64,000 nt of DNA from Chrysomallon squamiferum (lineage: Eukaryota > Animalia > Mollusca): positions 6,510,001 to 6,574,000 of the forward strand of contig CM022672.1 in NCBI GenBank assembly GCA_012295275.1, in the 5' to 3' direction. Numbering within the stretch: the first letter of the stretch is position 1; the number at the start of each line of letters is the position of its first letter. Position numbers and translations under genes: made by a program. The notes beneath the pieces are model-generated. The model made no database searches. It saw nothing but the letters and a program-made list of their open reading frames with translations, and was not told where the DNA came from. Shown piece by piece: positions 1 to 12,700 of the stretch.

Positions 1-325
1 TTAATCAAATTCACTCTCTGAGTCTTTAAATCAGAATATTATTAAAAAATATAATTATTGTATAATTATACAATTCAACAGTTAGTTAGCTTTCATGTTC
101 TTTACAATTTCTCTGTAATAAAGTAATGCTGAACTTTCAGTCCTCACTTACAAAATATACCAAAAGTCACACATTTCATAAACAGATTTTAAACTGATGC
201 TGGAAATAAAACCTTTCAAAAATCAAACACGAATATGAAATATAAAGATGTATCTGCAATTTTAACTGAATGAGTGTTAATAAAAAATGTTTATACAAAT
301 GTCTTTATTATAAATATCATCACTG

Positions 326-580
326 TCACATTATTCTTATTATTATTCATTCATTTATTTTTTGAGTGCTTTTCAGTCTTAATTAAATAAATTTAAAAAA
401 AGGTTTATAATATTTAAAAATCACTGTGGAAAACCACTCAAGTTAGTCACATTATTATTATTATTAATTAATTAATTAATTTTTTTGAGAGCTTTTCAGT
501 CTTATAAATAAATTAAAAAAAAGATTTATAACATTTGAAAATCACTGGTGAAAACCTCTCAAATTAGTCACATTATTCAT
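326..580. repeat. ~120-bp tandem repeat (just over 2 units) in the CTR1 3' region
   Basis: gtcacattatt...gcttttcagtctt...aaaatcactg...aaaacc.ctcaa.tta repeated at 326, 446 and partly 567. Confidence 0.85.
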
Positions 581-724
581 TATTTAATTATGTTCATTAA
601 ATTTTTGTTCATTGGTTAATCAAATTTACAAGTGCTATTTTTATATTAATTTTTTTTTTTTTTTTAAATTTAAATAAAGATCAAGCAGCATTGAATCAGA
701 ATTGAACTGTTGTTAATCTCTAAG

Positions 725-926
725 TTAATGACAATGTTCATTAACATCAATGACCATAGCCCTCTTCCATCCAAATATGAAATATCCAGCACCAGCTCCG
801 AGAACAACTGCCAGACAGAGCCAAGCGTTGTATGTCATAAAGACCAACATAAGGCAGTAACTGACAAACACCTGCACCATGTGTAGAACGGTCTGCAGAA
901 AGTGGCTGAAGTTTAACAGTCTGGAC
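725..926 (-). CDS. SLC31A1: CTR1 last coding exon (TM2, TM3, HCH tail)
   Basis: Acceptor ttttgttccaaag|G TCC AGA, stop TAA at 727-725. Confidence 0.95.
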
Positions 927-1221
927 CTTTGGAACAAAAAAAAAAACAACAAAACAACTGTATAGAGTATCAGTAATAATGAAATTTGTAATGGTAACAA
1001 GAAGAGTAGTAGTGGTGGTGGTGGTGGTGGTGATTTTTTTATATATAAAGTGAATTTTTTTTATATATATAATAAAATAATTAAAACTAATAATAATAAT
1101 AATAAAACAACAACAACAACAACAACAATAATAAAGTAAATATTATAAATAATACTAATAATTATTTTTTAAATGAAATAAAAAATAAAATAAAAAAAAT
1201 AAAAAATGAAACAGAATACTT

Positions 1222-1302
<81 letters not shown>

Positions 1303-1700
1303 TTATTTTGTTCATTTCCACATAAATGATATATATAAAATAATTAAATAAATATATATCTATATATTGACAAAAAAGCAGAACAAAAAATAACTAACAA
1401 CATCAAACAATCATTGCAAATATTAATAATGTCCCTGTTCTTCATAACTATACTCTTTTAAAATGGGTTGATGAAAGCTGGCTGGAATGAATGCAGAATA
1501 TGTTTACGGTTTTCAAATACCAATTGGATTTTGTAAGCAATACTTTTTATTTAAAAATATCTCTGTTGAAGCTGATGTTTGGTTTATACTTGATCATAAC
1601 AATGTAAAAATTATAAACACAATGGCTGGGAGTGTGCAAGAAGACAGAAAGCTGAGATATGGACAGAAAAAGAAAGAAAGAAAAAATAAGGAATAAAAAC

Positions 1701-1739
<39 letters not shown>

Positions 1740-4700
1740 TAGTGGTTTATACCGCTTCTTGGTTTGTTTTATAAATATTAAATTTTAATTTTCAACCTAA
1801 ATTATATTTTTAATGATTCTTATGATCCAGATACTATTCACATTTCAAAAAGAAGTAAAAAGCTAAAAAGTAAAAACAAATGGCATAGATGTGATAGTAT
1901 AATATAACAGAACATGCCATTATTATTATACGAGTATAAAAATATATTCTTTCACCACATGAATATTTTTATTAATAATAATAACATCTGGAAATATATA
2001 AAAAAGGATAAATACCAAAGGTTGTATCTATGTATTTGATAATTGATATTTTGATTTAAAAGGCTTAAAAATTTAAGAAAATCAAACTGATACTATAATG
2101 CGACAAAATCGTGAAAGCAAAAGACTATTAATGTATGCTGAAGTGACTACATGTGCTAAATTACTATAATAAATCTTCATGACTTTATTTATCATTTTAT
2201 CTCAACAATACATAATATATGTACATTGTATGTACATCAAGGCATAATAATTAACAAATTTAATCAAAACAAATTTTGATTAGTAATAAAAAAACCATGT
2301 AAAAAGGCGGAATCAACTTTAAAAAGAATAAAATATTTGCAGAAACAAGCAAATAAACAAACAAACAAATAAATAAATAAATAAACAAATAAATAAATAA
2401 AATCTGATTAAACTTGTAACAACATTTTTTTAAACTAAAATTACTTTAAGAAGATTAATGTTTTTTTTTTTTATTAAGTAGAAATGTGTAATGTCTATAA
2501 ACATTAAACATACTTAAGACAATACTTACAGCTGTTTAGAATATTTATTAATGTTATTAATTTAAATTAAACATTTTATCTGTCCAATCTGTAAAGATAA
2601 CATGTGTAAAATGAAAAAAAACAGGGTTTCCATTAGCGTTTGTTTTAAATAAAATTTTATTATTACTTTCTTATAACTCTACAGCATTTTTAAAAATACT
2701 TTTATAAAAGGATGTTTCTGTATGTCTGTATTTTGTATTTGTGTACAATATTTTCTTGTAACTGACAAAGCTCTATTTAAACTTGATGATTTTGTAAGAA
2801 GGTGTATCTATCTACATTATGATGTTATATCTGTTTATTGTTTTGTGTATGTGTGTTATATGTATCGGTTTGTGGTGTGTGTATTTATGTATTCAGCACA
2901 TTTATGCTTTGTCTGTAATGTTTGTATGCATTACATTACTCTGTATTTCTGTCTAATTTGACTTAGCAGGAAACAATTCAAACTCAAATGACATTTGAAC
3001 AAACATTTACTTAATAAAATCATCATTCAAGTATTTTTTCTGCATACTTCGTTCCATCATCTCTAATGGAAACCCTGTTACAATAACATGCAAAGATTAC
3101 TGAAAGAAGAAAAATACAATAATAATAAAATAAAAATAAAAATAAAGAAGGTTAAATAACTGGGAAGGTAGATGCAAGGCAGGGTTAGTCATGCTTTAAA
3201 AAATTATGTGTGAGTACCATCCAGAGACTTGCTCAGTGCCTAGAGTGATTTTGATGTTTTCAGAGTTTTGGTAGCTTTTCATACAACCAAGCTGAACATC
3301 GCCATGCTCGCTGGGCTTACAAGAGTTAGGGGAGGCAGTACAAGCACTGAAAAGAAAGAGGACAGCAGATGGTGGCAAAAGACAGAACTAGTTTGAGACT
3401 TCTAGTGGGCAATGACAGAGGGTAATCAGAACAGTGACTGTTATGATGTTCATGTATGCACAGAGTTTGGGATACGAGTATTGAGGCTGGTCTGTGTTAA
3501 CAACTGATTTTGATTGGTTTTTTTTTTTTTTGGTGAAGACTCAACAAGGGTCTTTGTCAGTAACTGATTGTTGATACCTCTTTATATAAATATTGAAACT
3601 TCAGAAATCCAGACATGCTTTTAAGTTAATCTTAACTTTCAAAGATGTATGTGTATCTTTAAATTAATTTTTAAACTTTAGAAATATAGATATTCCTTTA
3701 AGTTGATTTTAAACTTCAGAAATCCAGATACATACCTTAATGTTCATTTTAAACTAAAGATAACCATTCCTGTTTGATGTGGATAATGGTTTTAACATGA
3801 AGGAGATATATAGATATCATTTTCTCATTAACAAATTAATAAACAACCTTTTCAGCTATAAGTGAAAAAACAAGTGATATAGTGCTTTCATAAAGATGTC
3901 AAAGGTATACTTGAGTTCCTTTTCTAACACAGACAGGCTAACTTTGGCCATCTGTATTGTCAAAATATTGCTTTTAGAATGAAGACACTGTTTCAAAATT
4001 TATTTTTTATATTATTACTATTATTTTAATTTATTTCTTAAGATGTAGAATGTATCTTTTAACTTCTCCAAAGAGCTTTATGAGGCATACATTATCTGCA
4101 CAGCTACAGAGAAAAATGTCTGTAAAGTAAGACCACCATCTTCTATTAAAACAGCAAAATAAAGAAAGCAGCACTACTGTTAATTCATGCCAGCAAAAAG
4201 AGACACATGCAAATGATGAGACACTAGTTCTAACATGATCAAGATTTAGTAAGAAATTAGTCAGGGAAAATCAGTCAATTTTAGTATTTGAGAATGATCA
4301 CAGAAAGCTACTTTTAATAGCAGACAGTATTAATGAAGCATGCAGTACATTACTGGAACATAACTAAAAAGGAAAAGATGACGAAATATTTGTGCTTTTT
4401 TTCTAGGCTCCATTTTACCATTGTTACAGAGACTAATGTTCAGACTGCAAAGTTTTTCCATTCTGTTTTAATAAACCTTTGAATTCCATTCTGATACATT
4501 TATATTTCTTTATTCGTATAGTCTAACCAGACTGTAACATGAAATTCCAGAGATTTTAATACTTACAAGATCCTAATATTAATTTAATATTGAAGTAGTT
4601 TAAATATCTCTTCATTATCCACTTTGACATACTAAATCTTTTTTAAAATTTAATAAACTTTCTCAAACTGAATTCTAAGACAACGATAAACAATTCTGAA

Positions 4701-6016
4701 AAAGTATAATACATTTTTCCAATTTTTTAGCTAATACGGTTAAGACCATAAAAAGAAAAAAATATATACTTCTTGTGTCAAAAATCTCTTTTCTCTCTTT
4801 TAAAAAAAAAAAAACAACATATTTGAAATATATAAAATAAACTGAATTAATAAAATAAAAATTTACTTACGATAGCGAATCACCAGGTTCAACCACCATA
4901 GGCTCTTTGGAAGATGTGGTGGAAGTTCCTGCAGGAAGAGAGATGGAGCTGATGTATCGCCTCTTCTGATTGGCTTGATGCAACAAGTTTTCTCTTAAGT
5001 ATTTCAGACCCTCATACAGAGCACCCAAGATGAAGATGACAATGCAAGCACCAGCCATTTCTGTAATAAAATAAAATAAAATAAAATAAAACTAATGTTA
5101 AAGAGAATGCAATAAACTTCACTGAAAAATATTTAAATAAAGATAAAAGAAATAATATTTAAAGAAAAATAATAAATAAATTAATAAACAACAACAACAA
5201 CAACAACAACAACTATAATAATAATAAAACAAAAATAACAATTTAATAAATTAAAATAAAATAAAATGGAAAATAAAACAAAAACAAAAAATTGAAGCAT
5301 GTATTTACAAATACATTACTGGCGTTATTTTTATTATTTTTTTATTTTTAATATTATAAAATCTTTTAAATGATACATATTATTTTATGATTGTCTATAC
5401 ACAACACAAAATACAGTAAAAATTATTTGCATTAAGTAACAATTTATATCAAATATTAAATAAAAGATAAAAAATTAATTATAGAAATTTAGATTTAAAA
5501 AAAAAAGAAATTCAATTAAATAAATACATGTAAAAATAATAATAAACAATAAATAAATAAAAAAAATAGAAATAAATAAAAAATAAAAATAAATAAATAA
5601 ATAATAAAATAAATAAGTAAATAAAAAATAAATAAATGTATAAATAGGTGAGATTTTAAGTTCAAATTAAATTGGTATATATTTATTTATTATGTTTTAA
5701 ATTTTTATTTATAAAAATAAATTTCAATATGGTTGATAAAAAAGATAAAATATAATAAAGATTACTGAAATTTTATATAAATCTAAAAACAACAACAGCA
5801 ATGGCATCTTTTAAAAAAAAAAATTCTTCCCTCAGTAGTTTAAGCAGTTATTTATCTAATAAACTTTAAAAAAAGATCTGAAAGCTAAAGAAAAATAAAG
5901 AATAATATTAAATTATGTTGAAAAAACAACAGAGAATTTAACATATTAAATTTAAAAACTAAATACGATTAAATAATAAAATAATGTATAAATAATAATA
6001 ATAATAACAATAGTAG

Positions 6017-6069
<53 letters not shown>

Positions 6070-8751
6070 ATAATAATAATAATAAAATAAAGTAATCGAA
6101 AATTATAACATTATAAAATAACTAAGAATTAATAAACTAAACTATCCAAATAAATTAAGTTCTATTTTAAAAAAAATAATATTATCTACTATTAAAAAAA
6201 AAAGTTTTATTTTTTTTAATGATGATTATCAGCCTGTCACCCCTCAACCCCCAAAAAACTCTACAATGAAAAACAAAACAAAAAATAAAATAAAATAAAT
6301 ACATAAATAAATAAAATAATAAATCTATCAAATAATAGCCACATAAAAAAATAAAAAATAAAAAACCTCAAGGTGATATGCATTCCTTAAATAGTGTAGT
6401 CAGGTTTACCTGTTTATCTATGTATCATAAAGAAACACAAACATTTGTCCAGATAAAAATGTCTGAATCATAACCATAACAATCAAATCATTGTGTCTTT
6501 TTTTAAAGTTAGTTCTCTTTAATAATATTTATGTGGTCCAAGTTTGTTGTTTTCTTATTTTAATTTTATTTATTTATTTATTTTTATTCTTTATTTATTT
6601 ATTTATTTTTATTATTATTTGTGAATATTTTAAAATGAAAAGACATTAAATTATTATTATTTTGTTTAATTATAAATTTTATTTTATTTTATTTTATTTT
6701 ATTTTATTTTATTTTATTTTATTTTTTTTTTTTTTTTTTTATTAACAGAATTTTATTCGAAAAAAAAAAAAAAAAATTTTATTTTATTTTATTTTATTTT
6801 ATTTTATTTTATTTTTTTTTATTTTTTTTTTTTTTTTTTTTTTTTTGAGTTATATATTAACAGAAACCTAACAGTTCTTGAAGATTATTTTTACAAAAGG
6901 CAAATTCTTTATTAGGAATAGAAATTTTAAAAAGCAAAAACAAAACAAAAATAAAAACAAACAAACAAAATCATTCAAAACACAAATCTGTAATATTAAT
7001 TACAATACATCTATTTTAAAATTTAACTATGAAGTACGCAAACATTAATCGGACAATTGTGAATTTTTCTATGTTAAATTAAAAATATTTTGAAAATTAT
7101 AATTTCATTATAGATTACATGATACTGAAAAGATAATAAAAATAATAATAATAATAAATTTAAAACAATAATAATAATAACAATAAATTTAAAAACAATA
7201 ATAATAATAATAATAATTTTAAAACATAATAATAATAATAATAATAATGAAAACAAAAAATCAAAACAATCCAAAAGATATTTGTGTCAAAATCATTAAA
7301 TTTTTTATTATAAATGAACAAACAAATAATAATTTTTATTTCTTCATAATTTAAAGTAATGAGCCATAAGTCAGTAGAGCTTGGGGATCTGTTACCAAGA
7401 GCAATGCAGAAATAATGCTTAAACTTTAAAAAAAAAACACCATCGTCACTTTTTTCTTTTTTAAAAAAAAAAACATTTCTAAGACTAATGTTAAAACTGT
7501 CTTGAACTGAGAACACAAATATGTATCAAAGACATAAGTACTGAAAGCTTTAGTAGACATAAGCATGTTTTATACAGTCGATTGATTGATTGGCCTCGAG
7601 TTATTTTGTTAGATGCGACTCAAAAAACATGTTTTAACAAACTGAAAATAATCTCTGATGCCTTTTCCATGATAATGTCACATTCTGGTCAAATAGTATT
7701 TTAATAATTTGATGAAACATGTCCTCCTTTAATCACAGAAAATATTGCATCAGAAAAATATTAAGTTAACATGACAAATCTGAATGTGTGTTAAATGTTC
7801 ATCTAACAATTTAAGTTATTTTAATAACTGAATTTAGGACTTAAACATCAGTGAACTTGTTTAATCAAATATATTCTATTTGACTATTGTAGAAATTTTA
7901 ACATGTTTATATGTCTATCTAACAGTTTATGTGGGTTTTGGGGGGGTTGTTTTCTTAATTTCTGTATTCTGGATGAAAATACAAATTTTAAAATGATGTA
8001 GGAGAATGTAATGGTAGAGAAACATTTTTTTGACACTGTATTTATTTATATAACAAAACAACTTTCAGAGATATATATATTGACCTACAGTTCTGTTCTT
8101 CTAATTTATAAATAAATAAATAATTTATAAATTCATGAATAAATAAATAAATAAATAAATAAATAAAAAAATAAATAAAAAAATAAATAAATAAATAAAT
8201 ATACTGAACAAAATTGAAAAATTAAAAAATAAATAAAAGAAACATTTAATTTTTAATTTTTTTTCCTTTTTAATGAATAAATATATCTTCTTTTAATTTA
8301 GTCTTTATATTTTTCTTAATTTCTGTATTCTGGATGAAAATACAAATGTTAAAATGATGTAGGAGAATGTAATGTTAGAGAAACTGTCATGGTACAAAAA
8401 AAATTTAATTTTATATTGTAAGAAAGCTCATATTTTTTTTACACTGTATTTATTTATATAACAAAACAACTTTCAGAGAAATATATATTGACCTACAGTT
8501 CTGTTCTTCTAACTTATAAATAAATAAATAATTTATAAATTCATAAATTCATAAATAAATAAATAAACAAACAAACAAACAAACAAACAAACATATTTAA
8601 AAATTTTAAAATTTAAAAATAAATAAATAAAAGAAACTAAGTAATTTTTTTAATTGTTTCCTTTTTAATGAATAAATACATCTTCTTTTAATTCAGACTT
8701 TATATTTTTCTTTAAAATAAATACTAATATGCCATAACATATTAATTTAAA

Positions 8752-8788
<37 letters not shown>

Positions 8789-9704
8789 TAATAATAATAA
8801 ATAAATAAGTGTAACATTAAAAACAAGTAGGATAAATATTGAAAATGATAAATATATATATCTATTTATATATATTAAACATTCTGCCATATCATAACTT
8901 AATCTGCACAGTCATAATGAATTGTGATATCAACACTCACGTCCTGCATTTGTTGTTCGCAGGGATTCAAACAGAATATATTCACAGTTTCCTGCATGAA
9001 AATACATCTGAAAAACAAAACACAGCATGGAAAACATGGACTCCTGCACAGAGGCAAAATAAAGTTAAAACAACAACAACTAAAGTCATCTTATTAGTAT
9101 TACTGTTACATTATATTATTAGGTACGTGTATGCATAATTAATAATTATAATGTTGGTGCATTTATTTGAATAATAGTGTATGCAATTGATTTTGTTTAT
9201 GAAATTTTTTTTTTTATTGGTATTTTATATAAAAAAAAAGTTAAACAATGTTATTTTTTGCAAGGTTTAAGAGTGAGAAAAAAAAACAAGAAAAGATTAT
9301 ATAATTTTAATATATATTAAATTTGATGAACTGAAGAGAATGAAAGACAAAGAATGGCAAAAAGAGACAAAAGACATTGCAACGAAAGGTAAGACAAAGA
9401 GTCAGAGATAGAACAAAAAAACAGAGAGATAAAAAGAAAGATAGAGAGAGACAAAGAGACAAACACAAACATGTGAAAAGGGAAAAATAAATTTTTAAAG
9501 ATTCAGAGAGAGAGAAAGTAAAAGAAAAAAATGTGCACAGATAACAAGAGATGGAGTGAAAACGTTTGGAAAGATTTACAAAGAGAGAATTAAAAAGATT
9601 AAATAACAATTTACCATCATCATGCCAGAACCACATGGACCAGTACTGTTGCCTTCTGGTTCTGGTTCTGGCACCGCATGAATCATCATTTCACCGTTAT
9701 TCAT
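725..9704 (-). CDS. SLC31A1: High-affinity copper uptake protein CTR1 (SLC31 family), ~182 aa (191 aa with optional microexon)
   Basis: Coding exons 9704-9615, 9007-8941, 5060-4871, [3074-3048], 926-725, all GT-AG and frame-consistent. Protein [30 protein letters not shown]|[22 protein letters not shown]|[24 protein letters not shown]...[47 protein letters not shown]...NEHCH*. Hallmarks: Met-rich ectodomain, NST sequon, MxxxM in TM2 (MLVFM), GxxxG in TM3, C-terminal HCH. Confidence 0.95.
1223..1300. repeat. (AG)n microsatellite
   Basis: Direct reading. Confidence 0.95.
3048..3074 (-). CDS. SLC31A1: Candidate 27-nt in-frame CTR1 microexon in the cytosolic loop (adds VSIRDDGTK)
   Basis: ttgtaacag|GGTTTCCATTAGAGATGATGGAACGAA|gtatgc; phase 2-2, matching the host intron; no stop codon. 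Confidence 0.65.
4871..5060 (-). CDS. SLC31A1: CTR1 exon (TM1 and cytosolic loop)
   Basis: ttattacag|AA ATG GCT ... CTA TC|gtaagt; LYEGLK motif typical of Ctr proteins. Confidence 0.93.
7836..7940 (+). repeat. ~110-bp dispersed duplicate, second copy at 20783-20895
   Basis: aacttgtttaatcaaatatattctatttgactattgtagaaattttaacatgtttatat is identical at both sites. Confidence 0.85.
7951..8712. repeat. ~360-400-bp tandem duplication in a CTR1 intron
   Basis: ttcttaatttctgtattctggatgaaaatacaaat...tgacctacagttctgttcttctaa at ~7951 and ~8313. Confidence 0.9.
8941..9007 (-). CDS. SLC31A1: CTR1 exon (MYFH...ILF)
   Basis: ttttcag|ATG TAT TTT CAT ... GGA C|gtgagt. Confidence 0.92.
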
Positions 9705-9710
9705 GTTTGC
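9615..9710 (-). CDS. SLC31A1: CTR1 first major coding exon (ATG at 9704; Met-rich ectodomain)
   Basis: atttcag|GCAAAC ATG ... ATG ATG ATG|gtaaat. Confidence 0.88.
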
Positions 9711-12700
9711 CTGAAATTTTAAAAATATTTATCACTTATTTGCCTTAGTATTTCTTATCCGAAATTCTTATTGGTTTAAATGAACTTTGGAATGAAAATA
9801 AAGCTTAAACACAAAATTAAAAAATTGTACATGTACACAATCATACACAAGTAATGCTTGATGCATTAAAAAAAGAAGAAGAAGAAGAAAAAGATTAATA
9901 ATAATAATAATGCATAGATAGACAGATAGAGAGGTTGATTGATTGTCAGAGAGAGGGAAAAAAAAAAAACTTTGACAACAGAGAAAATATCAAATCACAA
10001 TCTGCACATTTTTCAGTATGTGAATTTACATATTTTTTTCAATTTCAATATATTTTAATTGTAATTTATAAAGAAAGCAAGTAAAAGGAAAAAAAAAAAA
10101 AAAAAAAAATAGAAAAAAGTTATTAAAAACAAATGAATAAGAAAAATCCTCATAAAATATCTATATAATAATAATAATAATAATAATAAAAAGAAAATAA
10201 AGAAATAAATTTGAAGAAAAAAGAAAAAGGAAAAATCTGATGAAAAACAAACAACAAAGGAAAACAATATATATATTTTTAAAAAAAAGGAAAACAAAAC
10301 AAAACAAAAAGAAATACTAACACAAAAAAATATTTATAAAGAAATATCCACAATACACCTTAAAAAAAAAAAATAATAATAAAAAAAACCCCAAAAAGTG
10401 AAGAAAAAAACTAAAAATAATAATAAACACTCACAGGTAACAAGTTTTCACAGACAGAACTGTATCAAAGAAATGGTTAAATCAGTTGTATATCAAGTAA
10501 ATTGTATTTAAAAAATGGTATTAAGCTTTGCGCTTACTCATCCCACTAACAGACCACTGAGAAAAATCCTTTCAAATGGGCCTATTTCGTACACCTGCTG
10601 AGACTAACAGTTTAAATGACAGCATGATTTCATTGGTCAGTTAGGGTATGAAATAAAATCAAAGACGAGAGGTAACCCAAAGCCAGTGTCATTTCAAAGT
10701 GACGTTACTGTCATACAGAACAGGGAAGGAGAAAATTTCAACTTCAGTTATCTTTAGTAATAAATGAACAGTTAATTATTAATTATTATTATTATTATTA
10801 ATTAAATACCTTTAAATCCCAATTTTAGAAAAAATCTTTTTTTTTTTCCTTCTAGTTTCTCTAATCACATTAAAATTTATAAAATTTTACTGCTGTTGTC
10901 TTTAACTATTCAAGTCACATTAATATTAATCATTTGCTGATGCAACAATAATAAAGATCTAAAAATAGCATCATTTTGGCCTCATCAGTGTTAGTGCATT
11001 TAGTTCAACTGTTAAGTGTTAGCATCAACTGTTAAAAAACCACAATGTACATACTACAATGGTGGCTTTATAAGGATACCCAAAACACCTTCATTCACCT
11101 TCCCATTTTGCCAGAACTGTTGCTTCTTTTGTTTTAATTATTAGCATTATTCTTTTTTTTTTAAATATTTATTTATTTACTTGAAAGTTAAATCCCTCTG
11201 AATGAAGACATGCCTCTTTTCTGACTTCGTGGATTGTCTGCTTCAGATCATCGGTTATTTGGCTGTGCCTATTTGTGTAGATAATATTACCAGGTGGTCA
11301 GATTTAGATCAAAAACGTTTATAATATGTATGATATCATTAATATATGCCTATTTATAGAATATAATTTTAATCAAATTATTTTCAAGAAAATATTTGAC
11401 AAATGGTTATTATTATTATTATTATTATTATTTTTTTTTTTTAAAAAGGTACTTATCTGAAACATTTTATTTACTAAATTGTTCTGAGATGTAATTTTTC
11501 AAACCTATCAAAAGATGATTTTACTGTTACTGGTTCTTTATTCTTTTCTTTTAAATTTAAAAAAACCAAAAAAAAACCAGGTCCAAGTTTCTGAAAAATG
11601 TTTCAGCCCAATAAATGAAATTTATATAAATACAAATACAAATAATAATAATAATAATAATAATAAAAACCCAAAGTAAGCTGAATTAAGAAAAAAAAAA
11701 AAAAAAAAAAAAAAAGAAAGAAAAAAAAAGAGAAAAAGATAGGTTCTATTGACGTCATACCGTTGTATTCTGCCCAATAAAAAATGACATTCTGGCACGA
11801 TACTGGCCTAGTAAAAATACAAATCACTATCTACCAAAAAAACACCTAAAAATAAACTGGTTCAAAGAAAGAGATTAGTCTTTTAATAATCAGTCATGCA
11901 TTCACCACGAACCTGATGCAATAAACTTCAAGAGTGAACTGACAAAAATTCCATCATTCTTTTTTGAAAACATTTTAAAAATATTTCTTATGCTTATGCA
12001 AGTTGTAGTCTAGTTACTACTCAAGATCCATTTTTTTAAATTTGCAAACTAGCTGTGAATGTTTATTTACACATTGCATCTACATATAAATTAATCTGAT
12101 GCAATACATGCTAATAATTACATAATCCATGTTACGTTTTCAAAAAGTTTACAAATTATCATTAACTTTTATATCAAAATAAACATATTATATAAATATT
12201 GTTTTTAAATTAAAGAAAAGAAAAAGAAAACATCAGCTTTTTTATTACTTTGGCATTACTGCATTGTTTTATTCAAAGTTCTAATCATTTTGATATTTTG
12301 TTACATTTACATGACACACCAACCTGATTACAAAAGTAACTCTATAGTCACTCTATCAGCAGTTTCCCAAAGCTGTGATTCAGCAGAAATCAGATGCTGC
12401 AAGTAACACAGTTAAAAGTGTACTAGCAACCGAAAGGCAACCCCTCCCACCTCTTTCCAGTTATTTTCAACCAGACTTAAGTACTTTGTGGACGATCTCA
12501 AATTTATTTCTTCTTTCCAATGACAGGACAACCCCTGAGTGTAACTTAATTATTACTGATACAAATACCATGATAATTTGCATACTTGAAGTCAACACAG
12601 ATTTGACAGAAATACAAACATACATGCACGCACAATTCAATTTATTTGTGAAGATGTAACTGGTAGCCTAACACAGTTGAATAATTTATAATTCAGTTCA

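Noticed and set aside
3196-3378. 60-aa minus-strand ORF in a GC-richer part of the CTR1 intron
   Set aside because: No convincing splice sites or homology; it may be regulatory sequence upstream of the microexon, but that cannot be supported
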